Source of the DNA: an uncultured Elusimicrobia bacterium
GTDB lineage: Bacteria; Elusimicrobiota; Elusimicrobia; 2-01-FULL-59-12
NCBI GenBank assembly: GCA_963702895.1
Contig: OY969767.1
Coordinates: forward strand, 2,560,001-2,624,000
Length of the DNA: 64,000 nucleotides
Direction: 5' to 3'
A program made the translations under genes and the position numbers. Positions 18,195 to 26,969 of the stretch are shown here, one piece after another (position 1 is the first letter of the stretch; every line of letters starts with the position of its first letter). The notes under the pieces were generated by a model. The model saw only the letters and a program-made list of their open reading frames with translations. It was not told the DNA's origin and did no database searches.

Positions 18195-18935
18195 TTAAAT
18201 GATTTCGACGGAGGATTCGGGGACCCAGCCGCGAAGGCCTTCCCGCGGCACGCCGATTTGGCGCCAGCCCTGAATGGGCTCTTGCTCCTCCAGGATGATG
18301 ACGCGATGTCCTTCCGGCACCGTAAAGTTGGCAGGGTACGTGGTGCTCGGTCCGCTGCGCACTTCCGCGACGGAAGACACCACAACCCCGCGCGGATGCT
18401 CCAGAACATAGATCCTGGCGGCAAGCCATGCGGCTGACATCAAAAACAGAATTCCGGCCAGCGCCGAGAGCTCCGCCCGCAACAGGGGCCGACCGGCCAG
18501 CGCGAAACCAAACCCCACTCCCAGAACGAGAAAAAGCAATGACACGAGCACCGTCCAGGTGTTGATCGAAAGAAAATAGAAGATCCGCCAGGCGAGCAGC
18601 ACGAGCGCGCTTGAAGGAAGCCGCGGGTCGCCCGCCTTGGACGTGGCGAGACCGAGATTGTAGATCACATCGGACTGACTGGAATTCATGCGGAAAGCTC
18701 TTTCATAGTGAAGAATGGCCTTCCCCCATTGACCCTGACGATAATAGGCATTGCCCAGATTGTATTCGAGAACCCAGTGCTTCTGCCCGGCCTGAGCCGC
18801 TGTCTCATACTGCTGCGCGCTTTCGGCAAACTTTCCTCCCGCGTAGAGCGTATGGCCCGCCTGAAAAGGATCCCCCGCGGCGACGGCCAAGGAGGGAGCT
18901 GAGAGCAAGGCGCAGAGCAGAATCAATTTTTCCAT
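18195..18935 (-). CDS. batE: BatE-like TPR + SH3 membrane protein
   Basis: Signal peptide, YNLGNAYYR TPR, two TM helices, VRSGP...GWVP SH3-like tail; ATG overlaps the batD end. Confidence 0.85.
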   Translation of the reverse strand: MEKLILLCALLSAPSLAVAAGDPFQAGHTLYAGGKFAESAQQYETAAQAGQKHWVLEYNLGNAYYRQGQWGKAILHYERAFRMNSSQSDVIYNLGLATSKAGDPRLPSSALVLLAWRIFYFLSINTWTVLVSLLFLVLGVGFGFALAGRPLLRAELSALAGILFLMSAAWLAARIYVLEHPRGVVVSSVAEVRSGPSTTYPANFTVPEGHRVIILEEQEPIQGWRQIGVPREGLRGWVPESSVEII

Positions 18936-20932
18936 TGAACTTCCTTTTCCACTTCTTCCAGGACATGGCTCACCCGCTCCAGAGAGGACCGAATATCCTC
19001 GGCTTGAACCTGCGCTGGCGCGAACTGATAAAGATCGAGCGTTTCCCAAATGTTGCGGATCTTTTCGCCGGAATGATCGCTTAAGCCCCGCGCTTTGAGG
19101 GCATCGACAATCTGCTTCAGGGACCTCGTGCGCGTGCCGATCCCGAGTTTGGCGGCAAGATATTCCTGCAGCACATTGGCCAGGTGGCTGCCGGCTCCCT
19201 TCATGTCCCGACGGGACAAGCACTCTTCGGTCTTTCGGATATCGCCCTGGGCTCGTTCAAAGGCCTTCCGAAATCTGTATAAGGCGGTGTTGGACATAAA
19301 AAGCCGGAAGTAGAGACGCGCCGCTCCACCGAGAGCGAGCAGCCCGACCAGAATAAGGTGAAGCACCCTGTACCAGGTTCTTCGGTACAGTGGTTCGCCC
19401 GCGGACGAGATCGAATCCGGGGTGTGAATGTAGCGGATATCCTCCCCCAGTCTCTTGATCCCTGGCTGGGCGAATCCGGAAAGCGGCGCCCCGGATGCCC
19501 CAGCGGGACCCACGACCCCCATGGAGCCGTCCGGTGCGGGCGACACATGGACCACCAGGGGTCGCGAGCGTGCGGTGCGATAAGCATGCTCGGAAAGGTC
19601 AAAATACGTAAAGGAAATCTGCGGGATCGTGAGATCACCCGAAGCCGTGGGAATGAGAACGGTCTTGAACACCTTGGAGCCTTCCACGGTGCCCTCTTTT
19701 TTCTCGATGTTGGTGGCCGCGCTCGCGTCAAAGGTGCGGAAATTGGTGAGGGACGGAAGCGGCAGGTCAGGGATCGACTTGATATGCCCGCGCCCCGCGA
19801 TCGTCAAGGAGAGCGTGAGCGGCTGGCCCACGGCAATTTTGGGCTTGTCGACCTGCGCGGACAGAGAGTAGGTTCCGACCGCGCCGCTAAAATCCGCAGG
19901 CTTCGGCGACGGGAGGGCCTTGACGTGGATGGAGATGGGTTCGGTGCGCAGCTCCTTTTCTTCGCCCCGGCCAAAAAATTGTGCAAAGAAATTGCTCCCA
20001 AAAGGATCCGTGCCGAAATTCTCGAGGTTCACGTTCAAACGCGCCGAACCGATCTGCGACTTTCCAGGCGCGCTCGGGAAAAGAGCGGTGCGGACCTCCG
20101 TGACGTTATAGGGCATCCCTTTGTAGCTGGTCGTAAAATTGCGCTGGGGCGGAAGGTCTTCCGTCCAGAAGCCTGTCATCTCAGGCGGCTGATAGCGGGG
20201 CTGGCTGAGCAGTGGCACACGGTTGAAGAGCCTGAACGTAAAGACAAGCGGTTCGCCGACATAAACAGACGCCTTATCGACTGTCCCCGCGATAAAGACA
20301 GCGTGTGCTCCTTGTCCTGGAGGGGCCGGGCGCGCGGCGCCTTCGGGACGCGCAGAACCTTGGACCGCAGAAGGATCGCCGCGCGTCACCACCAAGGCGA
20401 GCGCGGAAGATTCCACGGTTTGTCCCTGCTCGCTCACGCGCACGGGGGGAATGTTGAACTGCCCTTCTTTCGAAGGCGTCAGGACAAAATTATGCGTGAC
20501 GTTGGAAGACGCTTTGCCATTGATCCAGGTAAAGTTCTGAGAACGCCCGGCGTTGTAAACCTGAAAATCCGGCAGAGCCGGCAATTGCGGGTCCGGCAGA
20601 TTGCCGCCCGCGCCCGAAACGGTGACGGAAAGCACAGCCTGTTCGGTTGTGGTGATTGGGTTGCGATCGAGACTCGCCGAGACCTGCAGGTCACCCGCTT
20701 GAGCATGGCCTGCACAAACGATCAGCCATCCCGCCATCATCAGTGGCGGGACGAATCGGCGAACCGGCGAACCGGCGAACCGGGGACACGGCGTCACGGA
20801 GTAACGGTGTATCGGGGTATCGGGGTATCGGCTGTGACTCCGATACTCCGATACTCCGACACCCCGACACCGGTTTTCCGCCGATACGCCGACGCGCCGA
20901 CTCGCCGATTCGATCCTGTTACCAGTCTTCAT
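18923..20932 (-). CDS. batD: BatD oxygen-tolerance family protein
   Basis: BatD Ig-like repeats (VDKASVYVGEP, FSGAVG); MKTGN start overlaps the batC end DEDW*. Confidence 0.88.
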   Translation of the reverse strand: MKTGNRIESASRRVGVSAENRCRGVGVSEYRSHSRYPDTPIHRYSVTPCPRFAGSPVRRFVPPLMMAGWLIVCAGHAQAGDLQVSASLDRNPITTTEQAVLSVTVSGAGGNLPDPQLPALPDFQVYNAGRSQNFTWINGKASSNVTHNFVLTPSKEGQFNIPPVRVSEQGQTVESSALALVVTRGDPSAVQGSARPEGAARPAPPGQGAHAVFIAGTVDKASVYVGEPLVFTFRLFNRVPLLSQPRYQPPEMTGFWTEDLPPQRNFTTSYKGMPYNVTEVRTALFPSAPGKSQIGSARLNVNLENFGTDPFGSNFFAQFFGRGEEKELRTEPISIHVKALPSPKPADFSGAVGTYSLSAQVDKPKIAVGQPLTLSLTIAGRGHIKSIPDLPLPSLTNFRTFDASAATNIEKKEGTVEGSKVFKTVLIPTASGDLTIPQISFTYFDLSEHAYRTARSRPLVVHVSPAPDGSMGVVGPAGASGAPLSGFAQPGIKRLGEDIRYIHTPDSISSAGEPLYRRTWYRVLHLILVGLLALGGAARLYFRLFMSNTALYRFRKAFERAQGDIRKTEECLSRRDMKGAGSHLANVLQEYLAAKLGIGTRTRSLKQIVDALKARGLSDHSGEKIRNIWETLDLYQFAPAQVQAEDIRSSLERVSHVLEEVEKEVQWKN
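20752..20912. repeat. Nested octamer tandem-repeat hairpin in the batD 5' coding region
   Basis: CGAATCGG CGAACCGG CGAACCGG...GTATCGGG...CCGATACT CCGATACT...TCGCCGATTCG. Confidence 0.92.
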
Positions 20933-21659
20933 CTCGTGTAGGCACTCCTGGCTTGGCTGCTTGCTGATTCCCTTTCTTCTTCTCATTGGAAGCGGCGGCG
21001 GAAAGAAGCCTCTCCGCATCTTCCTTGCTCATTCCGCCTTCGCGCGAGGCTTCGGCGGACGAGTTGTCCTTCTTTCCGGATGACGCGCCTTTGTTCTGAT
21101 CCTGCTTGGGCGGCTTGCCCGCCGAAGCTTTAGCGGAGGCGGGAGGGTTTTTCATCGCCTTGAGCGCAACGCCCAAATTATACTTTGCGTCCTCGTCTTG
21201 CGGGTTGGCGCGCAGGCTGTCTTTGAAAGCCTCGACGGCTTCTTCCCACTTGCCCTGATAAAAGAGGGCGTTCCCCCGATTGTAGTGGCTCGCGCCGCGC
21301 AGGATGGGGTTGGCCGATTTGGCTGCTTCAGTAAAGGAAACCTCTGCTTTCGGGAATTCCCCCATCATCATCGTGGCGTCCCCGGCGTTGAAGTGGAGGA
21401 TGGCGGAATACGGCGCATCAATGAGGCCGTCCTGATAGAGCTCGAGCGCCCTCTCGTAATGGCCATTCTTAAACTGGCGGTTGCCTTCCTTGAGCTGAGA
21501 CGGGGAGGCGCCAAAAGCAGGGGGCAGGGGGCACAGGAGAGGGAACAGGAGAAAAATGCCAAAGCAGACCGACGAAAGCAAAGAATGGAAAGCAGAGCGT
21601 TTTGCTTTCGCTTCTCTGCTTTCGTTTCTCTGCTTTGATCGTTCAGCTTTCCTGTCCAA
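20919..21659 (-). CDS. batC: BatC-like TPR protein (TTG start, uncertain)
   Basis: HYNRGNALF, DAKYNL, MSKEDAERLL and C-terminal EDW. Confidence 0.85.
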   Translation of the reverse strand: MDRKAERSKQRNESREAKAKRSAFHSLLSSVCFGIFLLFPLLCPLPPAFGASPSQLKEGNRQFKNGHYERALELYQDGLIDAPYSAILHFNAGDATMMMGEFPKAEVSFTEAAKSANPILRGASHYNRGNALFYQGKWEEAVEAFKDSLRANPQDEDAKYNLGVALKAMKNPPASAKASAGKPPKQDQNKGASSGKKDNSSAEASREGGMSKEDAERLLSAAASNEKKKGNQQAAKPGVPTRDEDW

Positions 21660-21699
21660 GGCCGTTCCCTTTCCCCTTTCCCCTGTCCTCTATTCCCTG
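21518..21699. repeat. Nested heptamer hairpins (AGGGGAA outer, AAAGCAG inner) spanning the batB stop and batC signal peptide
   Basis: Purine-rich and pyrimidine-rich 7-bp repeat arms that are reverse complements of each other. Confidence 0.85.
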
Positions 21700-22709
21700 A
21701 CCATGGTCTTCCATCCCTGCTCCGGGATCACGAGGCTCGCAAGCAAAAGCAGAAGGCCCAGCGCGAGCGGCCACTGATATCGGTTTTCAAACCGGTTAAA
21801 AAGGCGCGACTTCTGATCGCCCTGCTCAAGCGCTTCCAGGCGCCGAACGAGCTCATCGACCTCATCTCCGACGGGGCTCGCCCGCAGATAGTGGCCGCCT
21901 GTTTCCTGCGCCAGATCGAGCAGCGTCTTCTCATCCAGACGGCTCAGCACCACGTCTCCTTTTTTATCACGTTTATAGCCCGCGCGATGGCCCTGGACAT
22001 CGATGACCGGGATAGGCTCTCCCTGCGGAGTGCCGATTCCGATGGGAAAAATCTTCACTCCCGCCTTGGCCGCTTCCTTGGCGGCGCCTCGAGGATCGCT
22101 CTTATGATCTTCGCCGTCCGTGAGGAGCACGAGGACACGGTGTTGCCCTTCGCCGGCCCGCAGGCCCTTGGCCGTCACGCGGATGGCATCTCCAAGGACC
22201 GTGCCTGGGATGGGAACGGTGCCGGTATCCACCGTTTCCAGGATATCCTTGGCCGCATTCTCATCCACCGTGAGCGGGCACTGCACATAGGCCTGACCGG
22301 CGAAGGCGATGATCCCGATGCGGCTTCCGGCAAGCCGGTCGATGAGCTGCCCTAAAATCAATTTGGCATGCGCCATACGGCTGGGCTTAAAGTCCTCCGC
22401 CTGCATGGACAGCGAGCAGTCGACCGCGATAAAGATATCCAGCCCCTTCTGCTTGTATTCGACGAGTTTCGAGCCAATGAGGGGGCCCGCTAGAGCGATC
22501 ACGAGGAACAAAAGCCCCGTCGTTCGCAAGTGCTCGGTCAAGCGTCTGCGGCGCTCGAGAGCCTCCGGCAGCATGCGCGCGATCGTCGACGGCTCTCCCA
22601 GGATCTGAAAGGCCTTCCTTCGCCTGCGCCGCAGCAATCCGTGGCCGATCGAAAGAGCCGCGACCGCCGCCAGCCATAGAAACATCGAAGGATAAGCGAA
22701 ATAGTTCAT
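21690..22709 (-). CDS. batB: BatB-like VWA domain protein
   Basis: DCSLSM MIDAS, FAG...CPLT, LTDGEDH, GIGTPQGEPIP. Confidence 0.9.
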   Translation of the reverse strand: MNYFAYPSMFLWLAAVAALSIGHGLLRRRRRKAFQILGEPSTIARMLPEALERRRRLTEHLRTTGLLFLVIALAGPLIGSKLVEYKQKGLDIFIAVDCSLSMQAEDFKPSRMAHAKLILGQLIDRLAGSRIGIIAFAGQAYVQCPLTVDENAAKDILETVDTGTVPIPGTVLGDAIRVTAKGLRAGEGQHRVLVLLTDGEDHKSDPRGAAKEAAKAGVKIFPIGIGTPQGEPIPVIDVQGHRAGYKRDKKGDVVLSRLDEKTLLDLAQETGGHYLRASPVGDEVDELVRRLEALEQGDQKSRLFNRFENRYQWPLALGLLLLLASLVIPEQGWKTMVRE

Positions 22710-22738
22710 CTATTCCTCATCATTTAGATCGCTTACGC

Positions 22739-22953
22739 CGTCATTCCGGCGAAAGCCGTCCCCCTTACGACCGGGGGACTGTCCCTTCCTATGATCTCTA
22801 GGGATGGGGACGGAATCCAGAACAGCATCGACGAACTGGACCCCGGGTCTCCACAAGACCGGCGACCCTCCGCCACACGACAGGCGGAGAGCGCCGGGTG
22901 TGTGGCGCTCGGCCCGCCGGATGTGTGGAGGGCCGGCTTTCGCCGGGGTGACG
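22739..22953 (+). repeat. GTCATTCCGGCG...GCCGGGGTGACG palindrome with two nested inserts
   Basis: Base element plus a 54-bp insert at 22758-22811 and a further hairpin insert at about 22845-22934. Confidence 0.9.
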
Positions 22954-22963
22954 ACTTTGGAAC

Positions 22964-23956
22964 TCATGGAACGGTCCTCCAGATCGTCAGCTTCAATCCG
23001 TAGCCTGCACACAAAAGCATCATCGCGAAGAGAAGCCATCCCAAGTAGTGATCGCGATATTCCCGGATCGAGGGCCCTTTGATCTCTGTTTTTTCCAGGC
23101 TGTCGATCTCCTGATAGATAGCGTCAAACTCTTTGGTACTGGCGGCACGGTAATATCGGCCGCCGGTCGCGCGGGCAATGTCTTCGAGTCCTGGCTCATC
23201 CAGATCCTCCGGGACGGGAACCAGTTGTTTTCCCCAAACGGTGTCTACGGGAATGACGGATTGTCCGCGTATGCCCACGCCGATCGTGTAAATCCGGATG
23301 CCGAGGCCCGCCGCGGCTTTGGCCGCGGTGGCGGGATCGATTTCGCCAGAATTCGACCGTCCGTCGGTCACAAGAATAATCACCTTGCTCTTGGCGGTGG
23401 AACGCTTCAGATGATGAGCGGCGGTCGCGATCGCTGTTCCGATCGCGGTGTTTTCCGTGGAGGTGATACCGACTTCGACCTGGTCCAGAAACTCCAGGAG
23501 CGCCCCATAATCGAGCGTCATGGGACATTGCAAGAGGGACACCCCCGCGAAGGCCACCAGGCCAATCCGGTCAAACTGCCGGTGCGAAATGAACGTCTTG
23601 GTCGCCTGCTTGGCGACCGCCATGCGGTCCTTGGGATTAAAGTCCAGCGCCCGCATGGACCCCGAGGTATCGAGCGCCGCGATGATGTCAATGCCGCGAG
23701 CTTTGGCCTCATCGCCCTTCATGACGGTCCTCGGCCGGGCCAGCGCCACGATGGCCAGTGCCAGCCCCCCATAGACCAGGAACTCTGGCACCTTCCGGAA
23801 GCGCGTCCGCCAGGTGACGGGCAAGGGCGAAAGGATCTGCAGGTGCGGAAACGGCAGGCGCGCGACATACGCTGCTGTTTTTTTCTCGCGAAGCGCGATG
23901 ATCAGCCCCAGTGGCACAAGCAGAAGGAAAGCCATCGGATTTCCAAAATTCATCAT
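22964..23956 (-). CDS. batA: BatA-like VWA domain protein
   Basis: ALARP, DTSGSM, DRIGLVAF, TDGRSNSG, IYTIGVG. Confidence 0.92.
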   Translation of the reverse strand: MMNFGNPMAFLLLVPLGLIIALREKKTAAYVARLPFPHLQILSPLPVTWRTRFRKVPEFLVYGGLALAIVALARPRTVMKGDEAKARGIDIIAALDTSGSMRALDFNPKDRMAVAKQATKTFISHRQFDRIGLVAFAGVSLLQCPMTLDYGALLEFLDQVEVGITSTENTAIGTAIATAAHHLKRSTAKSKVIILVTDGRSNSGEIDPATAAKAAAGLGIRIYTIGVGIRGQSVIPVDTVWGKQLVPVPEDLDEPGLEDIARATGGRYYRAASTKEFDAIYQEIDSLEKTEIKGPSIREYRDHYLGWLLFAMMLLCAGYGLKLTIWRTVP

Positions 23957-23971
23957 ATTCCTTTACCCTGT

Positions 23972-24052
23972 CGTCACCCCGGCGGATTGTAAGCCGGGGT
24001 CTATCATGGATGTTAAATGCCACGGTGGATCCCGGCGTTCGCCGGGATGACG
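23972..24052. repeat. GTCA(C/T)CCCGGCG palindrome, simple form
   Basis: CGTCACCCCGGCGGATTGTAAGCCGGGG...GGATCCCGGCGTTCGCCGGGATGACG. Confidence 0.9.
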
Positions 24053-24080
24053 GCAAAAACAGAAACGCGGAATGAGGTTC

Positions 24081-24959
24081 CTATGCATTGTTTCGCTCAG
24101 GTCTCGTATTCTCCACAAACGCAACTGCGATTTTATGAGCCAGCGTTGCCTCGGTGGTATCCGGACGGAGCTTGGCGAATTTTACCAGGTCGCAGATCTC
24201 CAGAAGATCCTTCAGTTCAACCTGGTTTTGCATGGGTAATTCCTGAACCCGGCGAAGGTCACGCATGAGTTCGCTCGTGGTGCGCTCGAGCGCCGGTGTC
24301 TGGAAAGCTCCTTCGATATAGGCACGGACAATCTCGGAAAGCGCGATGTAGAACTCCTTGATCTTTCCGCTCGCCAGCCAGTCGCTCCGCAACAGGTCCT
24401 CCAGTTTCTGCATTGCGTCGATGTCCGCGGGGACAGGGGGAGGCGGCGGCGGGCCCTGAAGCGCTCGCTTCCGCTTGCGCCAGAGCAGGAAGCCGACAGC
24501 GCAGAGCAGCGCCGCGGCAAGGAACCACCACCCAGGAGACCAAGCGGTGGGGCCGATGACGCCTTTGATGCCGCGAATGTCGTTTGTGTCTTTGGGGCCG
24601 GGCGGGACCTCTTCGATCGTGACGGTGAGCGGCGGGGTTGTGAGCGTATGGGCTTTGCCCATGGGGTCGCGATAGTTGAGGTCAAGGCCCGGCAAGGTCT
24701 GTTGCCCTGTCGTAAAGTTTTGCAGGGTCGCCTGGAAGCGCTCCACGGCTTTGTCCCCCGACAACTCGGCCGCCAAGCGCGTGCTGGCATAAACTTCAAA
24801 GGTGCCGAGGCTCTTTGAGAATTGAGGGGCGTCCACCTGAAGCGCCTGATGGTGAGTCACGCGAATGGAGAGATTGACCAAATCTCCGAGTTTGGCGGTG
24901 GAGGGATCCACCTGGGCCTGAACTGACGGCGCTTCGATGTCAGCGAAATCGTTTGACAC
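24081..24959 (-). CDS. Bat-operon membrane protein (BatD-like N-domain, DUF4381-like)
   Basis: DIRGIKG, TM helix, ERTTSE, CDLVKFAK; position in the operon. Confidence 0.75.
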   Translation of the reverse strand: MSNDFADIEAPSVQAQVDPSTAKLGDLVNLSIRVTHHQALQVDAPQFSKSLGTFEVYASTRLAAELSGDKAVERFQATLQNFTTGQQTLPGLDLNYRDPMGKAHTLTTPPLTVTIEEVPPGPKDTNDIRGIKGVIGPTAWSPGWWFLAAALLCAVGFLLWRKRKRALQGPPPPPPVPADIDAMQKLEDLLRSDWLASGKIKEFYIALSEIVRAYIEGAFQTPALERTTSELMRDLRRVQELPMQNQVELKDLLEICDLVKFAKLRPDTTEATLAHKIAVAFVENTRPERNNA

Positions 24960-25815
24960 GGTTTTGGAAGAAGCGGAGAAGCGGGATCACAAAGGACTTC
25001 TCCGTGGTCAGGACAATATGGTCAATGCCGTGACGCGCCAGCAGCTCATCCAGAGACTTCTGGCGAAGCATGGCCTCTTTGGCAAAGCGCGAACGCACGG
25101 CTTGATCGGAGGTATCCAGACAAAGCCTTCGGCTGCTCTCGGCATCGCGCCACTCCAGAAGCCCTGCAGGAGGAAGGGTCGCTTCCCGTGGGTCGCGGAC
25201 TTGAAGAGCGACCAGATCATGGCGTTTGGCTGTCACCGCCAGGAGTCGCTCATCCACGTCATAAAAGTCGGACAAGAGAAAGACAACGGCTTTCCTCTTG
25301 AGCACACGGTTGAGATACCGGAGGGCCTCCTCCATGTGCGTCGCCTGTCGACGAGGAGAAAAATCCAGAATCTCGCGCACGAGTCGCAAGGTATGGAGCC
25401 GCCCTTTCTGGGGACGTACAAATTTTTCCACATGATCCGAAAAGAGGCAAAGCCCCACCTTGTCGTTGTTGCGCATCGCTGAAAACCCGAGCACCGCGGC
25501 CACTTCGGCGGCGAGCTCCGACTTCCACTTGAGCGCGGTGCCGAAGCGCAGGCTCGCGCTGCCATCGATCATGAGCATGACCGTCATTTCGCGTTCGGCA
25601 ACAAATTTCTTCACGTAGGGATGGCCCATGCGCGCGGTGACGTTCCAGTCGATCGAGCGCACCTCGTCGCCGGGGACATACTCGCGCACCTCCGCGAACT
25701 CCATGCCCAGGCCGCGGAACACCGACCCGTACTGGCCCGAGAACACCTCGTTCACGAGCCGGCGGGTCTTAATTTCTAATCGATGGACTTGACTGAGCAG
25801 TTCGCGTGTCAACAT
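24940..25815 (-). CDS. DUF58 domain protein
   Basis: GLGMEFAEVREYVPGDEVRSIDWNVTAR signature. Confidence 0.93.
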   Translation of the reverse strand: MLTRELLSQVHRLEIKTRRLVNEVFSGQYGSVFRGLGMEFAEVREYVPGDEVRSIDWNVTARMGHPYVKKFVAEREMTVMLMIDGSASLRFGTALKWKSELAAEVAAVLGFSAMRNNDKVGLCLFSDHVEKFVRPQKGRLHTLRLVREILDFSPRRQATHMEEALRYLNRVLKRKAVVFLLSDFYDVDERLLAVTAKRHDLVALQVRDPREATLPPAGLLEWRDAESSRRLCLDTSDQAVRSRFAKEAMLRQKSLDELLARHGIDHIVLTTEKSFVIPLLRFFQNRVKRFR

Positions 25816-25825
25816 GGGATTTAGT

Positions 25826-25922
25826 CCCCCTCTCCCGCGGAACGTGGGAGAGGGCGGGGGTGAGGGCACGACCAGCATGGGCCCTCATCCCAACCTTCTC
25901 CCGCGCTAACGCGGGAGAAGGA
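25826..25922. repeat. CCCTCTCCC/GGGAGAGGG double-hairpin repeat, second copy
   Basis: Matches 18034-18143 in inverted orientation. Confidence 0.9.
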
Positions 25923-25925
25923 GGT

Positions 25926-26915
25926 TTAAGGCACCTCCACAGCAGCAAAAAGTCTGTTCACGACGTCTTCGGAAGTGGTGTTTTCGGCTTCCGCCTCATA
26001 CGTCAGGAGCACGCGGTGCCGCAGGACGTCCGGCCCGACGGCTTTGACGTCCTCCGGCGTCACATAGCCTCGTCCCTGCAGGAAGGCGTAGGCTTTGGCC
26101 GCCTGGGTCATGCAGAGGGTCGCCCGGGGAGAACCGCCGTAAGCGATCAGAGGCTTCAAAGCTTCCAACTTGAACTTTTCCGGGTAGCGTGAGGCGAAGA
26201 CAAGGTCCAGAATATAGTTCTTGAGTTTCTCATCGACATAGATCTCGTTGACCGTCTCGCGCGCGGCCAGGATTTCCCTCGGATGGACCACCGGCTTGAT
26301 GTCGATCGCTCTCCCCGTGGTCATGCGGTCCAGGATCATGCGCTCCTCATCCCGGCTCGGGTAATTCACCTTGAGCTTGAGCATGAAGCGGTCCACCTGG
26401 GCTTCCGGCAAGGGGTAGGTCCCCTCCTGCTCGATCGGGTTCTGGGTCGCCAGCACCAAAAAGGGCTCCGGCAAAGGGAACGTCTGTTCGCCGATCGTCA
26501 CCTGGTGTTCCTGCATCGCCTCCAGGAGCGCGCTTTGGACCTTGGAAGGGGCGCGGTTGATCTCGTCCGCCAATAACAGATTGGTGAAAAGGGGACCTTT
26601 CTTAACGGTAAATTGATTGTCCCTGGGGTTGTAGATTTGAGTCCCGATAAGATCGGCCGGCAGCAGGTCCGGGGTAAATTGAATGCGCGAAAACTGCGTG
26701 TCCACGGCTCTGGCGAGCGTACGCACCGCCAGAGTTTTCGCCAGGCCCGGTACGCCCTCGAGAAGCACATGACCATCTGCCAAAAGCCCGATCAGCATGC
26801 GCTCGATCAGGTAATCCTGACCCACAATGACGCGTCCGATTTCCTGCTTGAGCGCCTGTACGAAGACGCTCGCCTGTTTCACTTTCTCATGAATCGCTCG
26901 AATACTTTGGTCCAT
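25926..26915 (-). CDS. moxR: MoxR-family AAA+ ATPase
   Basis: EGVPGLAKT, RIQFTPDLLPAD, DEINRAP, ATQNPIEQEGTYPLPEAQVDRF; SD AGGAGG. Confidence 0.96.
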   Translation of the reverse strand: MDQSIRAIHEKVKQASVFVQALKQEIGRVIVGQDYLIERMLIGLLADGHVLLEGVPGLAKTLAVRTLARAVDTQFSRIQFTPDLLPADLIGTQIYNPRDNQFTVKKGPLFTNLLLADEINRAPSKVQSALLEAMQEHQVTIGEQTFPLPEPFLVLATQNPIEQEGTYPLPEAQVDRFMLKLKVNYPSRDEERMILDRMTTGRAIDIKPVVHPREILAARETVNEIYVDEKLKNYILDLVFASRYPEKFKLEALKPLIAYGGSPRATLCMTQAAKAYAFLQGRGYVTPEDVKAVGPDVLRHRVLLTYEAEAENTTSEDVVNRLFAAVEVP

Positions 26916-26969
26916 CGTTGTCACCCTCCTTGATGGGTGTGGGATGTAACTTAAGCGATTGCCTCCAGC

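Noticed and set aside
21690..22712. TAG reassignment suggested by in-frame TAGs around batB
   Set aside because: dnaN, surA, the Omp85 gene and others end at TAG at their expected C-termini, and no conserved gene has an internal TAG.
20752..22953. Repeats as a CRISPR array
   Set aside because: No constant repeat with unique regular spacers and no cas genes in the window.
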